NCBI GenBank assembly: GCA_038206475.1
Contig: JBBRAU010000001.1
Location: forward strand, 71,235 to 135,234
Source of the DNA: Patescibacteria group bacterium
GTDB lineage: Bacteria > Patescibacteriota > UBA1384 > JBBRAU01
Length of the DNA stretch: 64,000 bases
Reading direction: 5' to 3'
Positions 37,834-46,514 of the stretch are shown here, one piece after another (the first letter of the stretch is position 1; every line of letters begins with the position of its first letter). Made by a program: the position numbers and the translations under genes. The notes beneath the pieces are model-generated. The model was not told the origin of the DNA and did not search any database. It was given only the letters and a program-made list of their open reading frames with translations.

Positions 37834-38862
37834 ATGCGGACAAAAATTCTTTGCGGCATCGGACCAAGTTCCTCCGACCGCAAAACGATTAAGTGGATGA
37901 TCGAAGCCGGCATGTCGATTGCCCGCTTTAATTTTTCGCACGGTGATCCGGAACAGTACAGAACCTGGACCAAGCTCATCCGTGAAGAGGCCGAGAAATT
38001 GGGTAAAAAAGTACCAATCATGCAGGACCTGCAAGGCCCGCGTATTCGCTTAGGCCAGCTCACAGAAGAGAAACAGATCTTAAAAGACGGTGACAAAGTA
38101 ACGATTGTACTGCACCAAGGCAAGCAGGCTAAGACGTCTGAAATTCCGTTCGGCGAAATGCCGTTTCCGTTTGATCTTCATGAAGGTAGCATCGTCATGC
38201 TTAATGAAGGCAAGGTGACGTTAGAGGTAACGAACGGCCGCCCAGGCGACGAGCGTTTCCCGGCGGCGGTCCGTGTCGGTGGTTGGATCGCCTCACGGAA
38301 GGGTATCAATGTGCCAACCTCAGCGCTGAAGATCTCCGCCCTGACAGCCAAAGATAAAGAAGACCTGATGTTTGGCCAAACGCAAAACTATGAGTTAGTT
38401 GGGCTGTCGTTTGTCCAAAATGCACAGGACGTCATTGACCTGCGGGCCATTGTCGGTAAAAAGGTACGCATTTACGCTAAAATCGAGAGCCGTCAAGCGA
38501 TTGAGAACTTTGACGAGATTATGAAGGTTTCGGACGGCATTATTATTGCCCGCGGCGACTTGGGTGTGGAGCTGCCGATCGAAGATATTCCGATCATTCA
38601 AAAAGAGCTTATTTTGCGCTCGCGCTACAACCATGTGCCGACAATTACGGCCACCCAAATGCTGTCGAACATGATTCAGAACCCGCTGCCCACTCGGGCT
38701 GAGGTGTCCGATATTGCTAATGCCGTATTTGATCGCACCGACTGTCTGTGGCTGTCAGACGAAACGGCGGTGGGCCAGTATCCGGTGCTCTGTGTCCAGA
38801 CGATGGCCAAAATTATTGAGCGGACCGAGCGCTTCCTCTACCAAAACCCTACCCTGTTCTAG
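37834..38862 (+). CDS. pyk: Pyruvate kinase (short form lacking the C-terminal regulatory domain)
   Basis: N-terminus KILCGIGPSS..IARFNFSHGD and the active-site region (MVARGDLGVELPIED equivalent IIARGDLGVELPIED); 342 aa. Confidence 0.85.
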   Translation: MRTKILCGIGPSSSDRKTIKWMIEAGMSIARFNFSHGDPEQYRTWTKLIREEAEKLGKKVPIMQDLQGPRIRLGQLTEEKQILKDGDKVTIVLHQGKQAKTSEIPFGEMPFPFDLHEGSIVMLNEGKVTLEVTNGRPGDERFPAAVRVGGWIASRKGINVPTSALKISALTAKDKEDLMFGQTQNYELVGLSFVQNAQDVIDLRAIVGKKVRIYAKIESRQAIENFDEIMKVSDGIIIARGDLGVELPIEDIPIIQKELILRSRYNHVPTITATQMLSNMIQNPLPTRAEVSDIANAVFDRTDCLWLSDETAVGQYPVLCVQTMAKIIERTERFLYQNPTLF

Positions 38863-38963
38863 TACACTAAAGAAAAGCAAAAGGAGGCTGCGGCACTAGC
38901 TGCGGCAGCTCAATGGGCACCTGATGGAAGTCTTGCTTCCGGCAGGCAGCGGTAGGAGTGGGC

Positions 38964-39821
38964 ATGTCTGATGTAACTGCAGTGGCAACAATGGCGCCTG
39001 GTAATCTGCCAGCACCGCCGCCATCTTTCTCTCCGGCACCGGCAGCGCCGGTGGTTTCGCCGTTGCCTAGTGCCGCCCCGGCGGCTGTTCCGACTGCACT
39101 CGCTATGCCGCCATCGCCACCAGCCATGCCAGAAGCTGCTATACCAGCGCCGTTGTCACCTCTGCCTGCTCCCCCCGCTAGTCCACTGCCGGCTAAGCCA
39201 GCTGATCTCCCATCAACGACAACTTCTGGTGTGACGCCCAGCGATGTGCCAACCACACTCAGCAAGTATGGTGTTGAACTCACTGACCAATTAATGCAGT
39301 CAGCCTTGCGCGCCGAAGCCCCGGAGCTCTGGCAATTCAGTAGCCAAGATAAAACCGGCGCCGTTGAGCTGGGCATCGAAACCCTGGTCAAACAACGCCT
39401 ACAGGCCATCCTCAATCACAAACAGCAGTACCATATCGCCGATGATGTGCTGACGGTCGTCAGTGGCGACGGTAAAGCCTATGTTGTGCCGACGGCGGCA
39501 CTAAAAGCGATGGCTCAGCCCAGTCGGCCAGCCGCCGGAAGCTCGGCTGATGACCTGGCCCGCCAGCTGGTGGCAGAAGCACTGCGGGTGCAAGCGGCGA
39601 ATTTTTCTGCCTCAACATTTGAACAAACACTCCAAGCGGCTGGCTACAGCGCCGCTGATTTTACGGCGCCGATCCTCTTTACCGATGACCAGGGTGTGCC
39701 GCAACCGGACCGTTTGGGCCGTCTCCTGCGCGACCGCATTATTAAGCAGGCAGTGTCAGCGGTGCTATCAGGCGACTCCGTGGCGGCAGTACCGCCGGTG
39801 GGAGCGTCGGCCGCCGCCTAA
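38964..39821 (+). CDS. Hypothetical protein with Pro/Ala-rich N-terminal half
   Basis: AGGAG RBS 5 nt before ATG 38964. Co-directional with the pyk operon. The competing minus ORF 38867..39415 is pure low-complexity sequence. Confidence 0.45.
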   Translation: MSDVTAVATMAPGNLPAPPPSFSPAPAAPVVSPLPSAAPAAVPTALAMPPSPPAMPEAAIPAPLSPLPAPPASPLPAKPADLPSTTTSGVTPSDVPTTLSKYGVELTDQLMQSALRAEAPELWQFSSQDKTGAVELGIETLVKQRLQAILNHKQQYHIADDVLTVVSGDGKAYVVPTAALKAMAQPSRPAAGSSADDLARQLVAEALRVQAANFSASTFEQTLQAAGYSAADFTAPILFTDDQGVPQPDRLGRLLRDRIIKQAVSAVLSGDSVAAVPPVGASAAA

Positions 39822-39824
39822 TGG

Positions 39825-41780
39825 ATGGTCCGTCTAGCCATCTCTTCGCTCGCTGATTTGCCGGTATCAAGTCGCGGCCTCTTTGCTGAGCGTCTGGCGC
39901 AGCTGAAACAGGCAACCCTGCCGGTCGTGGCCGGTTTTGTTGTGTCTGAACCGGCGGCGCTACTACTAAAGCGCGGCAAACAATATTCCCTGTGCGAAGA
40001 TGTTTGGAAGCGTATGACCAAACAAACGGAAACTTGGGTGAGTCGTCAGATGCTGGTGCTTTTGGCTGACCAGACGGTACGTCAGGTGCGGGTGGCAGGC
40101 AGTCAGGCGGAGCTGCGCCAGATACTAACCGAAGTGGCCGAGCAGGTTCTGGCGGCTCACAATCACCTGGAACTCATTGTCCTAACGTTGCCGAGTCAGG
40201 TGAGTTGGTCGGGGACGGTGCGGCAGTCGGGAGACAGTATTGAAGTTACGGCCTACCGCGGTTATCCGGCCTTGGTTGGACCAGCGCCTGCACAAGCCGT
40301 TGTGACACTAGATCCAATCACCCTCGTCGTACGCGAGCAGGCGCTAAAGAAACAGCGCTATGCCTTGGGTATCCGCCACGGCCAAACGACACTGGTTCAC
40401 TTTCGGCCGGACGCAGAGACCGTACCCCACGGCATTCTCATTAGGGCAGCGGCGCTGCAGCGGGCACTCGAAGCTGCCGGTCGTACCGAGCCGGTTAGCT
40501 GGATTGCCGACGCTCGGGGCGAGCTGTCGCTGGTTGGATTACCTGGCGCAGAGACGCACCTGTCGCCGGAGCCGTCTGTAGTGCCACTCTCACCCGGTTT
40601 TGCCGTTGGTCCGGTCCGCCTGATTCGCAGCACCGCTGACTTGGTTCGCATTCTACCCGGTGAAATTGTCATCCTTGATCACTTCAAACGCGGTTTACTC
40701 GAATACCTTGACGCCGTCTCTGGTGTGGTTGTGCAAAGTTTGGCCGGCGGCCAGGCGGTACGCAACGCGATTGAGCAGAAGGGCATCCCGCTCATCTATA
40801 CAAAAGCGCTGCCTCGTCTAAAAACGGGACAACTCATCACGCTTGATGCCATCTCTGGTCAACTGGCACCCGGTAAACTGCGCCGACCGGATGCTGTGCC
40901 CCGTACTGTCCAGCCGAACCCGCCTGGTTTACCGGCCATCGTGGCTGAAGTTGGCTCAGCAGACGCGGCAATTATCGCCAGCCAGGCTGGCGCTGACGGC
41001 GTCATCTTTATGCCGGAGACCCTGCTGCTATCTCAAGGCGCGGCCCTCGGCCGCCACGTTGGTCACAGTCTTGGCCGAGATCGGCTGGCAGCAGCTCTCA
41101 AACCAAAAATTGAACCGACCGCAGCGCTCTGGCCACATACTTCGTTCCGCTACCGCCTGAGCGACTTACTCAGTGATGAGCGGGCCGAGTTGCTGCCAAA
41201 CAGCAGTGCCGAGGCCAACCCGCTGCTCGGTCAACATGGCCTAAGCTACCACCTAGCCGAGTCTGGTTTGGCCCAGACAGAGTTGGTTGTGCTGCGGCAA
41301 CTGCTGGACGAGAAAATGAGCACTATTGAGCTGGTGTTGCCATTTGCCCGCAGCGCCGGCGAAGTTCAGGCATTTTGCGCTTGGCTTGATCAACACCGTT
41401 TCTTGCCGCATACGCTGCCGCGCCACCTGACCGTGGCTACCCCGGCCCTACTGTCGACGTTATCGCAACTAGCCAGCCTGCCGCTGGCGAGTATTGTGTT
41501 TGATTTGGCGACTTTTGCCCGATTGAGTTTTGGCCAATCAGAGCTTGGCGGCACGGCGCCGCTGGAAATGGTGCTAGCAGAGGCACTTGTGCGCTTGGCC
41601 GCCGCAACCGAACGGCTTGACCTGCCCTGGACCCTGCAGGCGCCGATTGAACTGTTAACGCCAGAGTTGCTAACCGAGGCTAAACGTCACCACGTGCATA
41701 GTCTGTTGGTGGCAGCTACCGAGATAGAAGAGACGCGTCAGCTACTCACCTCGCTGCATCACCACACCTCAGCCGCGTAG
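39825..41780 (+). CDS. PEP-utilizing-enzyme-like protein (mobile-domain-like segment without the phosphohistidine)
   Basis: Segment GEIVILDHF..GVVVQSLAGGQAVRNAIEQKGIPLIY..GQLITLDAISGQL resembles the PEP-utilizers mobile domain, but the conserved TSHAA His is replaced (GGQAVRNAI). Confidence 0.35.
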   Translation: MVRLAISSLADLPVSSRGLFAERLAQLKQATLPVVAGFVVSEPAALLLKRGKQYSLCEDVWKRMTKQTETWVSRQMLVLLADQTVRQVRVAGSQAELRQILTEVAEQVLAAHNHLELIVLTLPSQVSWSGTVRQSGDSIEVTAYRGYPALVGPAPAQAVVTLDPITLVVREQALKKQRYALGIRHGQTTLVHFRPDAETVPHGILIRAAALQRALEAAGRTEPVSWIADARGELSLVGLPGAETHLSPEPSVVPLSPGFAVGPVRLIRSTADLVRILPGEIVILDHFKRGLLEYLDAVSGVVVQSLAGGQAVRNAIEQKGIPLIYTKALPRLKTGQLITLDAISGQLAPGKLRRPDAVPRTVQPNPPGLPAIVAEVGSADAAIIASQAGADGVIFMPETLLLSQGAALGRHVGHSLGRDRLAAALKPKIEPTAALWPHTSFRYRLSDLLSDERAELLPNSSAEANPLLGQHGLSYHLAESGLAQTELVVLRQLLDEKMSTIELVLPFARSAGEVQAFCAWLDQHRFLPHTLPRHLTVATPALLSTLSQLASLPLASIVFDLATFARLSFGQSELGGTAPLEMVLAEALVRLAAATERLDLPWTLQAPIELLTPELLTEAKRHHVHSLLVAATEIEETRQLLTSLHHHTSAA

Positions 41781-41839
41781 ACGTTTGGGCCGTTTTTCAG
41801 TATGGTGCGAGTGCGCTGTATAGCGTCGTTGTTGAAATT

Positions 41840-41927
41840 GGAAGGGTGCTGGAGCGGTCGAACAGGCAGACCTGGAAAGTCTGTGTGGCGCAAGTCACCG
41901 TGGGTTCGAATCCCACCCCTTCCGCCA
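41840..41927 (+). tRNA. tRNA-Ser, anticodon GGA (long variable arm)
   Basis: Manual fold: acceptor GGAAGGG/CCCTTCC, anticodon stem CAGAC/GTCTG with loop CTGGAAA, long variable arm, T-arm GTGGG/TTCGAAT/CCCAC, CCA encoded. Confidence 0.85.
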
Positions 41928-42081
41928 ATTGCGTGACCGCCGTTTAGGCGGTTAAGCAATTGGTTGAGAGGTGATGAATGAAAGCCCAGCGAAACTGGGT
42001 TCGGTCGCGCGCCACGTAGTGGCAAGCGGGGGTACCCCTTGAGGCGTAGCCGAAAGAGGGGTCTATTCACCCCTTCCGCCA
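41928..42081 (+). repeat. tRNA-linked element A: 140-nt insert followed by an exact 14-nt copy (CACCCCTTCCGCCA) of the tRNA-Ser 3' end
   Basis: The direct repeat lies at 41914-41927 and 42068-42081. The element starts with a hairpin that includes the tRNA CCA (CCAATTGCGTGACCGCC/GGCGGTTAAGCAATTGG). It shares blocks GGTTCGGTCG, CGGGGGTACCC, GCGTAGCC and AGGGGTCT with element B. Confidence 0.5.
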
Positions 42082-42150
42082 CATCTCAAAAGAAAATGAC
42101 TCAGCTGGGTCATTGTATTGTGATACGCTAAGACTAAATAAAGGAGGCAG

Positions 42151-42786
42151 ATGGCAACCCATCCGGAACCAAAAATACTGGTGGCATTCTACAGTTTTAC
42201 CGGTCATACGGCCGAGCTGGCGCATGCCGTGGCCAAAGGAGCGGGCAAAGTAACTAGCCAGGTAACGATCCGCCGCATTCCGGAGCTCATCCCTGAAGAT
42301 GCCATTCCGCTGCAGATTCGGAAAATTGAACACGTCTACGCTGATATTCCGCTAGCCACTTCTGACGACCTGGTCAACTGCGACGGCCTGCTGCTCGGTG
42401 GTCCAACGCACTTCTCCGGTCTGGCGGCACAGGTGAAGCAGTACCTCGACCAATTTGGGCCGATTTGGCAGGAGGGCAAATTGGTTGACAAAGTAGCCGG
42501 TGTTTTCACCTCAATGGGCTCTCTACACGGCGGTGAGGAGACGACGCTGCTGATGACTATCACAACCCTAATTGGTATGGGTTTGATTCCGGTCGGCATC
42601 CCGTATCCAATCAAAGGGGCTAGCGAAGATTTTGATGCGGGCTCGCCGTTTGGCGCCATTCACTACGCTGGCCACGACGGCAGCCGAAGCCTACAGGCCT
42701 CTGACCGTCTAACGGCTGAGCTGCTTGGTGAGCGGGTGGCTAAGGTGGCAGCTGCCATGCTCTGCTGTAAAACAAGCGGCCACTAA
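42151..42786 (+). CDS. Flavodoxin-like NAD(P)H:quinone oxidoreductase (WrbA family)
   Basis: N-terminus KILVAFYSFTGHTAELA (flavodoxin-like FMN site); 211 aa; AAAGGAGG RBS. Confidence 0.65.
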   Translation: MATHPEPKILVAFYSFTGHTAELAHAVAKGAGKVTSQVTIRRIPELIPEDAIPLQIRKIEHVYADIPLATSDDLVNCDGLLLGGPTHFSGLAAQVKQYLDQFGPIWQEGKLVDKVAGVFTSMGSLHGGEETTLLMTITTLIGMGLIPVGIPYPIKGASEDFDAGSPFGAIHYAGHDGSRSLQASDRLTAELLGERVAKVAAAMLCCKTSGH

Positions 42787-42841
42787 ACATTGCTTCTGGC
42801 CGAAAAAAAGAGAGCCTCGTGGCTCCCTTTTTTATTCAGAA

Positions 42842-44605
42842 TCACCAACCGCCTCCGCCACCGCCACCGCCGCCAGATCCGGCACCGCCAGAGCTGGTGC
42901 CGGCACTGCTGAACGAGCTCATGGCCGAGCTGAAGTTACTTGCAAATGTGCTTGAATCGAAGCCACCACTGCCGACGTACCACACCGGCGGCGTGAAAGT
43001 AGCTCCCATTTGATCCAACTTCTTCAGCCACTCTTTGGTCAGGCCAAACACCATCGCCCAAGGTAAAAAGCGGTCCAGTTCTCCCTCTTTTTCTAGCCAC
43101 TGTTGGCGATAGCGCTCGGCGACATGCATAAACATGTAAAAGCCCATAACTTGCCGGTACATTGCTAATCCTTTTTCGGTCAGCTCAGAACCGCGGCGGA
43201 ACAAGCGGGTAAATAACAGCAGGATTCCACTAGCGAGCAGGCCGAGTCCCCAAAAGATAGACAGGGCAAACAGGCCGTTTTGCATCAGGGCAATGAAGAG
43301 GCCGCCAATTAATGCCAAGACGACGCCAAAGACGACGTGTTTAATGTTGTTCCAGCTGTAGGTGTTTTCATTAGTCACAAAGCCTTGTTGCTTCAACCAT
43401 TGCCAACCGGCCTCAGAGGGCAGTCTTTGTAGTTGGGCAGCCCGAATGGTGTCTTTGTGCAGATCGTCAAGCGATTGTTCCTTGCCGTTTTGGTCAAACA
43501 GAACACTGGTGATGACTTCGGCTAGTGGCCGACCGCTGGCAGCTGGGCGTTTTTTGAGATGCAGCAGGTAATTTTTATGCCAGAACAGGCCCTTCTTTTC
43601 CTCGATCGTCAGCTCTCCGCGATGCGCCATGTCAATCAAGGTCGCCGGAATAGGCTGGCCATACAGTTCACCTTCGCGGAAGGCATCGGCCAAACCTGGT
43701 TCCAGTGTCGGCGGTTCGTACAGCGGGATAATGGCGCGGGCGTTCTTCCGAGCACTCATGGTCATGCGCTGCCAAATCAGCCAAGCCAGTGTCAGCAGCG
43801 GTAGCAGGCAGGGCAGGACGATCTGCAGCCAGAGTGCCCGCCTGACCGGAGACACTGCCTGGATGGTGCCGCTTGGCAGGAGGCCGCCAGCCGTTAGCTC
43901 CTGGCCGGGCTGCAGGTTTTGGGCCGACGCGGTCATGACGGCGCCGTGAGCTTCGGTTTGGCAGCTTGTTTGAGTGTCGCTAGGCGCGTAGCACAGTGGC
44001 GAGGTCCAGATGCCAGACGCGGTGATGGTCGCTTTGGCGTGTTCGATTGGCACTGTCCAACGGCGGCCGGTGACATTCCACAAAAATTGTTGGCCGTTGC
44101 TTGTTTCAGCCTGAACGGCGGCGGCCTGGTAGTGAATGGTGTAGGTGACGGCGCCGGTATCCACATGCCCGGCGTCACCAATTTTGAGGGTCAATCCGCT
44201 CTCTGCAATAGCCGTGGTGTACGGCGCGGCCACACTGGCCGAGTCGCCTTCGTGCTGCCAGCTAACGTCCCGCAACTTGATGCCTGAGGCGCGGGAACCG
44301 TACAGGTACGATGAATAGGTCAGCGGCAGCGTGCGGTAAATGCCGTGATGCGGATTTTGACCAAAGTCGGCGGTAATTTTTTCCAGAATTTCCGACTGGC
44401 CGTTTTGGCCAATATCTACAGTCGCGACAAAGTTTTTGATAATAAAACCGCTCGAGAGCGAATTCGAGTTTTGATCGTTGACTACTGTGCTGACGGTGTT
44501 ACCGTCGCCAGTGATTTGGACCTGAGTGCTGTCGGCCGCCTGAACCGCCGCGGCAAAGCCAAGCACTGTACAAATGACACCGATAATAAAAAGAGTGTGT
44601 TTCAT
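42842..44605 (-). CDS. DUF2207-like membrane protein with Gly-rich C-terminal tail
   Basis: Signal peptide MKHTLFIIGVICTVLGFAAAVQA (start moved to ATG 44605), large extracellular domain, TM segments, C-terminal SGGAGSGGGGGGGGGW tail. Confidence 0.55.
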   Translation of the reverse strand: MKHTLFIIGVICTVLGFAAAVQAADSTQVQITGDGNTVSTVVNDQNSNSLSSGFIIKNFVATVDIGQNGQSEILEKITADFGQNPHHGIYRTLPLTYSSYLYGSRASGIKLRDVSWQHEGDSASVAAPYTTAIAESGLTLKIGDAGHVDTGAVTYTIHYQAAAVQAETSNGQQFLWNVTGRRWTVPIEHAKATITASGIWTSPLCYAPSDTQTSCQTEAHGAVMTASAQNLQPGQELTAGGLLPSGTIQAVSPVRRALWLQIVLPCLLPLLTLAWLIWQRMTMSARKNARAIIPLYEPPTLEPGLADAFREGELYGQPIPATLIDMAHRGELTIEEKKGLFWHKNYLLHLKKRPAASGRPLAEVITSVLFDQNGKEQSLDDLHKDTIRAAQLQRLPSEAGWQWLKQQGFVTNENTYSWNNIKHVVFGVVLALIGGLFIALMQNGLFALSIFWGLGLLASGILLLFTRLFRRGSELTEKGLAMYRQVMGFYMFMHVAERYRQQWLEKEGELDRFLPWAMVFGLTKEWLKKLDQMGATFTPPVWYVGSGGFDSSTFASNFSSAMSSFSSAGTSSGGAGSGGGGGGGGGW

Positions 44606-44687
44606 GGCCCCAGCATAGAGCTTTTCTGTCTGTAGGCATACGCCCACTCGCGAAATATAGCGATTTATGGTAATTGTAGAGAAGCGA

Positions 44688-44775
44688 GCGCCTGTAGCTC
44701 AGTGGGATAACGACCCGTTGCGCAGCAACGGAACGTTTTCCACTTCGCGCTGCTGGAATTCAAGCTAGTCTCGGA
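44688..44775 (+). pseudogene. Degenerate partial duplicate of tRNA-Arg (first ~20 nt identical to the downstream tRNA 5' end)
   Basis: GAGCGCCTGTAGCTCAGTGG is identical at 44686-44705 and 44798-44817. The upstream copy then diverges and cannot form a D-stem or T-arm. Confidence 0.35.
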
Positions 44776-44799
44776 GCTAAAGCTCCAAGCCCATCTTGA

Positions 44800-44875
44800 G
44801 CGCCTGTAGCTCAGTGGATAGAGCGCTGCCCTCCGAAGGCAGAGGCCACAGGTTCAAGTCCTGTCAGGCGTACCA
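44800..44875 (+). tRNA. tRNA-Arg, anticodon CCG
   Basis: Manual fold: GCGCCTG acceptor, D-arm GCTC/AGTGGATA/GAGC, anticodon stem CTGCC with loop CTCCGAA, T-arm CACAGG/TTCAAGT/CCTGT, CCA encoded. Confidence 0.85.
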
Positions 44876-44921
44876 ACCTAATTCGTTTGGAAAATAAATT
44901 GCGAACTGGGGCAATAACTTT

Positions 44922-46514
44922 GTGAGTACTCATCACCTAAGCAAAAACATGACCAAAGAGCAGGAGCGCACAGAGTTGCACCGTGCTATTTGGCAGATTG
45001 CGAACGATCTGCGCGGAGCAGTGGATGGCTGGGATTTCAAACAGTATGTACTTGGAACGCTTTTTTATCGATTCATTAGCGAGAACTTGACGAACTACAT
45101 CAATGCCGATGAACGTCGCACTGGCAAACAAAATTTTGATTATACAGCGCTTGCCGACGAAGAAGCCGAGTTTGGTCGAGCCGATACGGTGAAAGAAAAA
45201 GGCTTCTATATCTTGCCAAGCGAGCTTTTTGTAAACGTATGCATAAATGCCCGCAGCAACGCCAACCTCAACGAAACGCTTTCTGTTATTTTTCGTAACA
45301 TTGAAAACTCCGCCAAAGGTGCAAGCAGTGAGGATGACCTTCGGGGCCTTTTTGATGACTTAGACGTGAACTCAAGTCGACTCGGAAACACGGTAGAAAC
45401 GAGAAATCGCAAGCTCGCCAAGTTGTTAGAAGCGATCGGCGAGCTTCGCCTCGGTGATTACGCGGATAATACTATTGATGCTTTTGGTGATGCATATGAG
45501 TTCTTGATGACCATGTACGCCTCGACGGCTGGCAAATCCGGAGGCGAATTTTTTACGCCACAGGAGGTCAGCGAGCTCCTCGCTGAAATTACCACTGTCG
45601 GCAAAAAGGAAGTAAACAAAGTTTACGACCCAGCCTGTGGGTCTGGCTCACTGCTCCTCAAATTCGCGAAGGTGTTGGGGCGAGAGAATGTGCGCCAAGG
45701 TTTCTTCGGTCAGGAAATCAATCTTACCACCTATAATCTCTGCCGTATCAACATGTTTCTGCATGATGTGAACTACAACCATTTTGATATTGCTCACGGT
45801 GATACACTTACCGATCCGAAACATTGGGACGACGAGCCGTTTGATGCCATCGTCTCTAATCCGCCTTATTCCATCCACTGGGAAGGTGATGCGGATCCCT
45901 TACTTATCAATGATCCGCGTTTTTCACCGGCCGGAGTGCTGGCACCAAAGAGCAAGGCTGACCTGGCATTTACTATGCACATGCTTTCGTGGCTTTCGAC
46001 CAGCGGCACAGCGGCCATCGTTGAGTTTCCTGGCGTTCTCTATCGCGGTGGTGCGGAGCAAAAAATCCGTAAGTACTTGATAGAGAATAATTACATCGAA
46101 GTCGTCATTCAACTTCCGCCCGATCTCTTTTTCGGCACCACCATTGCCACCTGCGTTATTGTGCTCAAGAAGAGCAAAAAGGACAACAAAACGCTCTTTA
46201 TTGATGCCTCGGCCGAATTTGTACGCAACGGCAATAAAAACAAACTATCACAAGCAAACCGCGCTAAGATTTTAGACGCGTTTACCGCACGCAATGATGC
46301 CGATTACTTTGCCAAATTAGTCGACAATAAAACGATTGCCGAGAATGAGTACAATATTGCCGTATCAAGCTATGTTGTGGCAGAAGACACCCGCGAGGTG
46401 GTGGATATTGCGGTGCTCAATACTGAGATCGCCCGCATTGTTGTGAGGCAGAATGAGCTCCGTACGGCGATTGATAAAATCGTCGTCGATATTGAGGGAA
46501 CAAAAGAACCATGA
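44922..46514 (+). CDS. hsdM: Type I restriction-modification system methyltransferase subunit
   Basis: HsdM N-terminal domain, SAM-binding DPACGSGSLL, catalytic NPPY (VSNPPYSIHW); 530 aa. Confidence 0.9.
   Translation: MSTHHLSKNMTKEQERTELHRAIWQIANDLRGAVDGWDFKQYVLGTLFYRFISENLTNYINADERRTGKQNFDYTALADEEAEFGRADTVKEKGFYILPSELFVNVCINARSNANLNETLSVIFRNIENSAKGASSEDDLRGLFDDLDVNSSRLGNTVETRNRKLAKLLEAIGELRLGDYADNTIDAFGDAYEFLMTMYASTAGKSGGEFFTPQEVSELLAEITTVGKKEVNKVYDPACGSGSLLLKFAKVLGRENVRQGFFGQEINLTTYNLCRINMFLHDVNYNHFDIAHGDTLTDPKHWDDEPFDAIVSNPPYSIHWEGDADPLLINDPRFSPAGVLAPKSKADLAFTMHMLSWLSTSGTAAIVEFPGVLYRGGAEQKIRKYLIENNYIEVVIQLPPDLFFGTTIATCVIVLKKSKKDNKTLFIDASAEFVRNGNKNKLSQANRAKILDAFTARNDADYFAKLVDNKTIAENEYNIAVSSYVVAEDTREVVDIAVLNTEIARIVVRQNELRTAIDKIVVDIEGTKEP

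Noticed and set aside
38867-39415. Minus-strand 182-aa ORF overlapping the Pro/Ala-rich plus-strand gene
   Set aside because: It is Gly/Ala low-complexity from antisense reading of a Pro/Ala-rich coding region. The plus-strand frame continues into a non-repetitive domain and fits the operon direction.
41928-42081. tmRNA, a retron msr/msd, or a group I intron as explanations for the tRNA-linked elements
   Set aside because: The elements are far too short for tmRNA and have no tag-peptide reading frame. No reverse transcriptase gene is present for a retron. They lie after the CCA, not in the anticodon loop, which rules out a tRNA intron.
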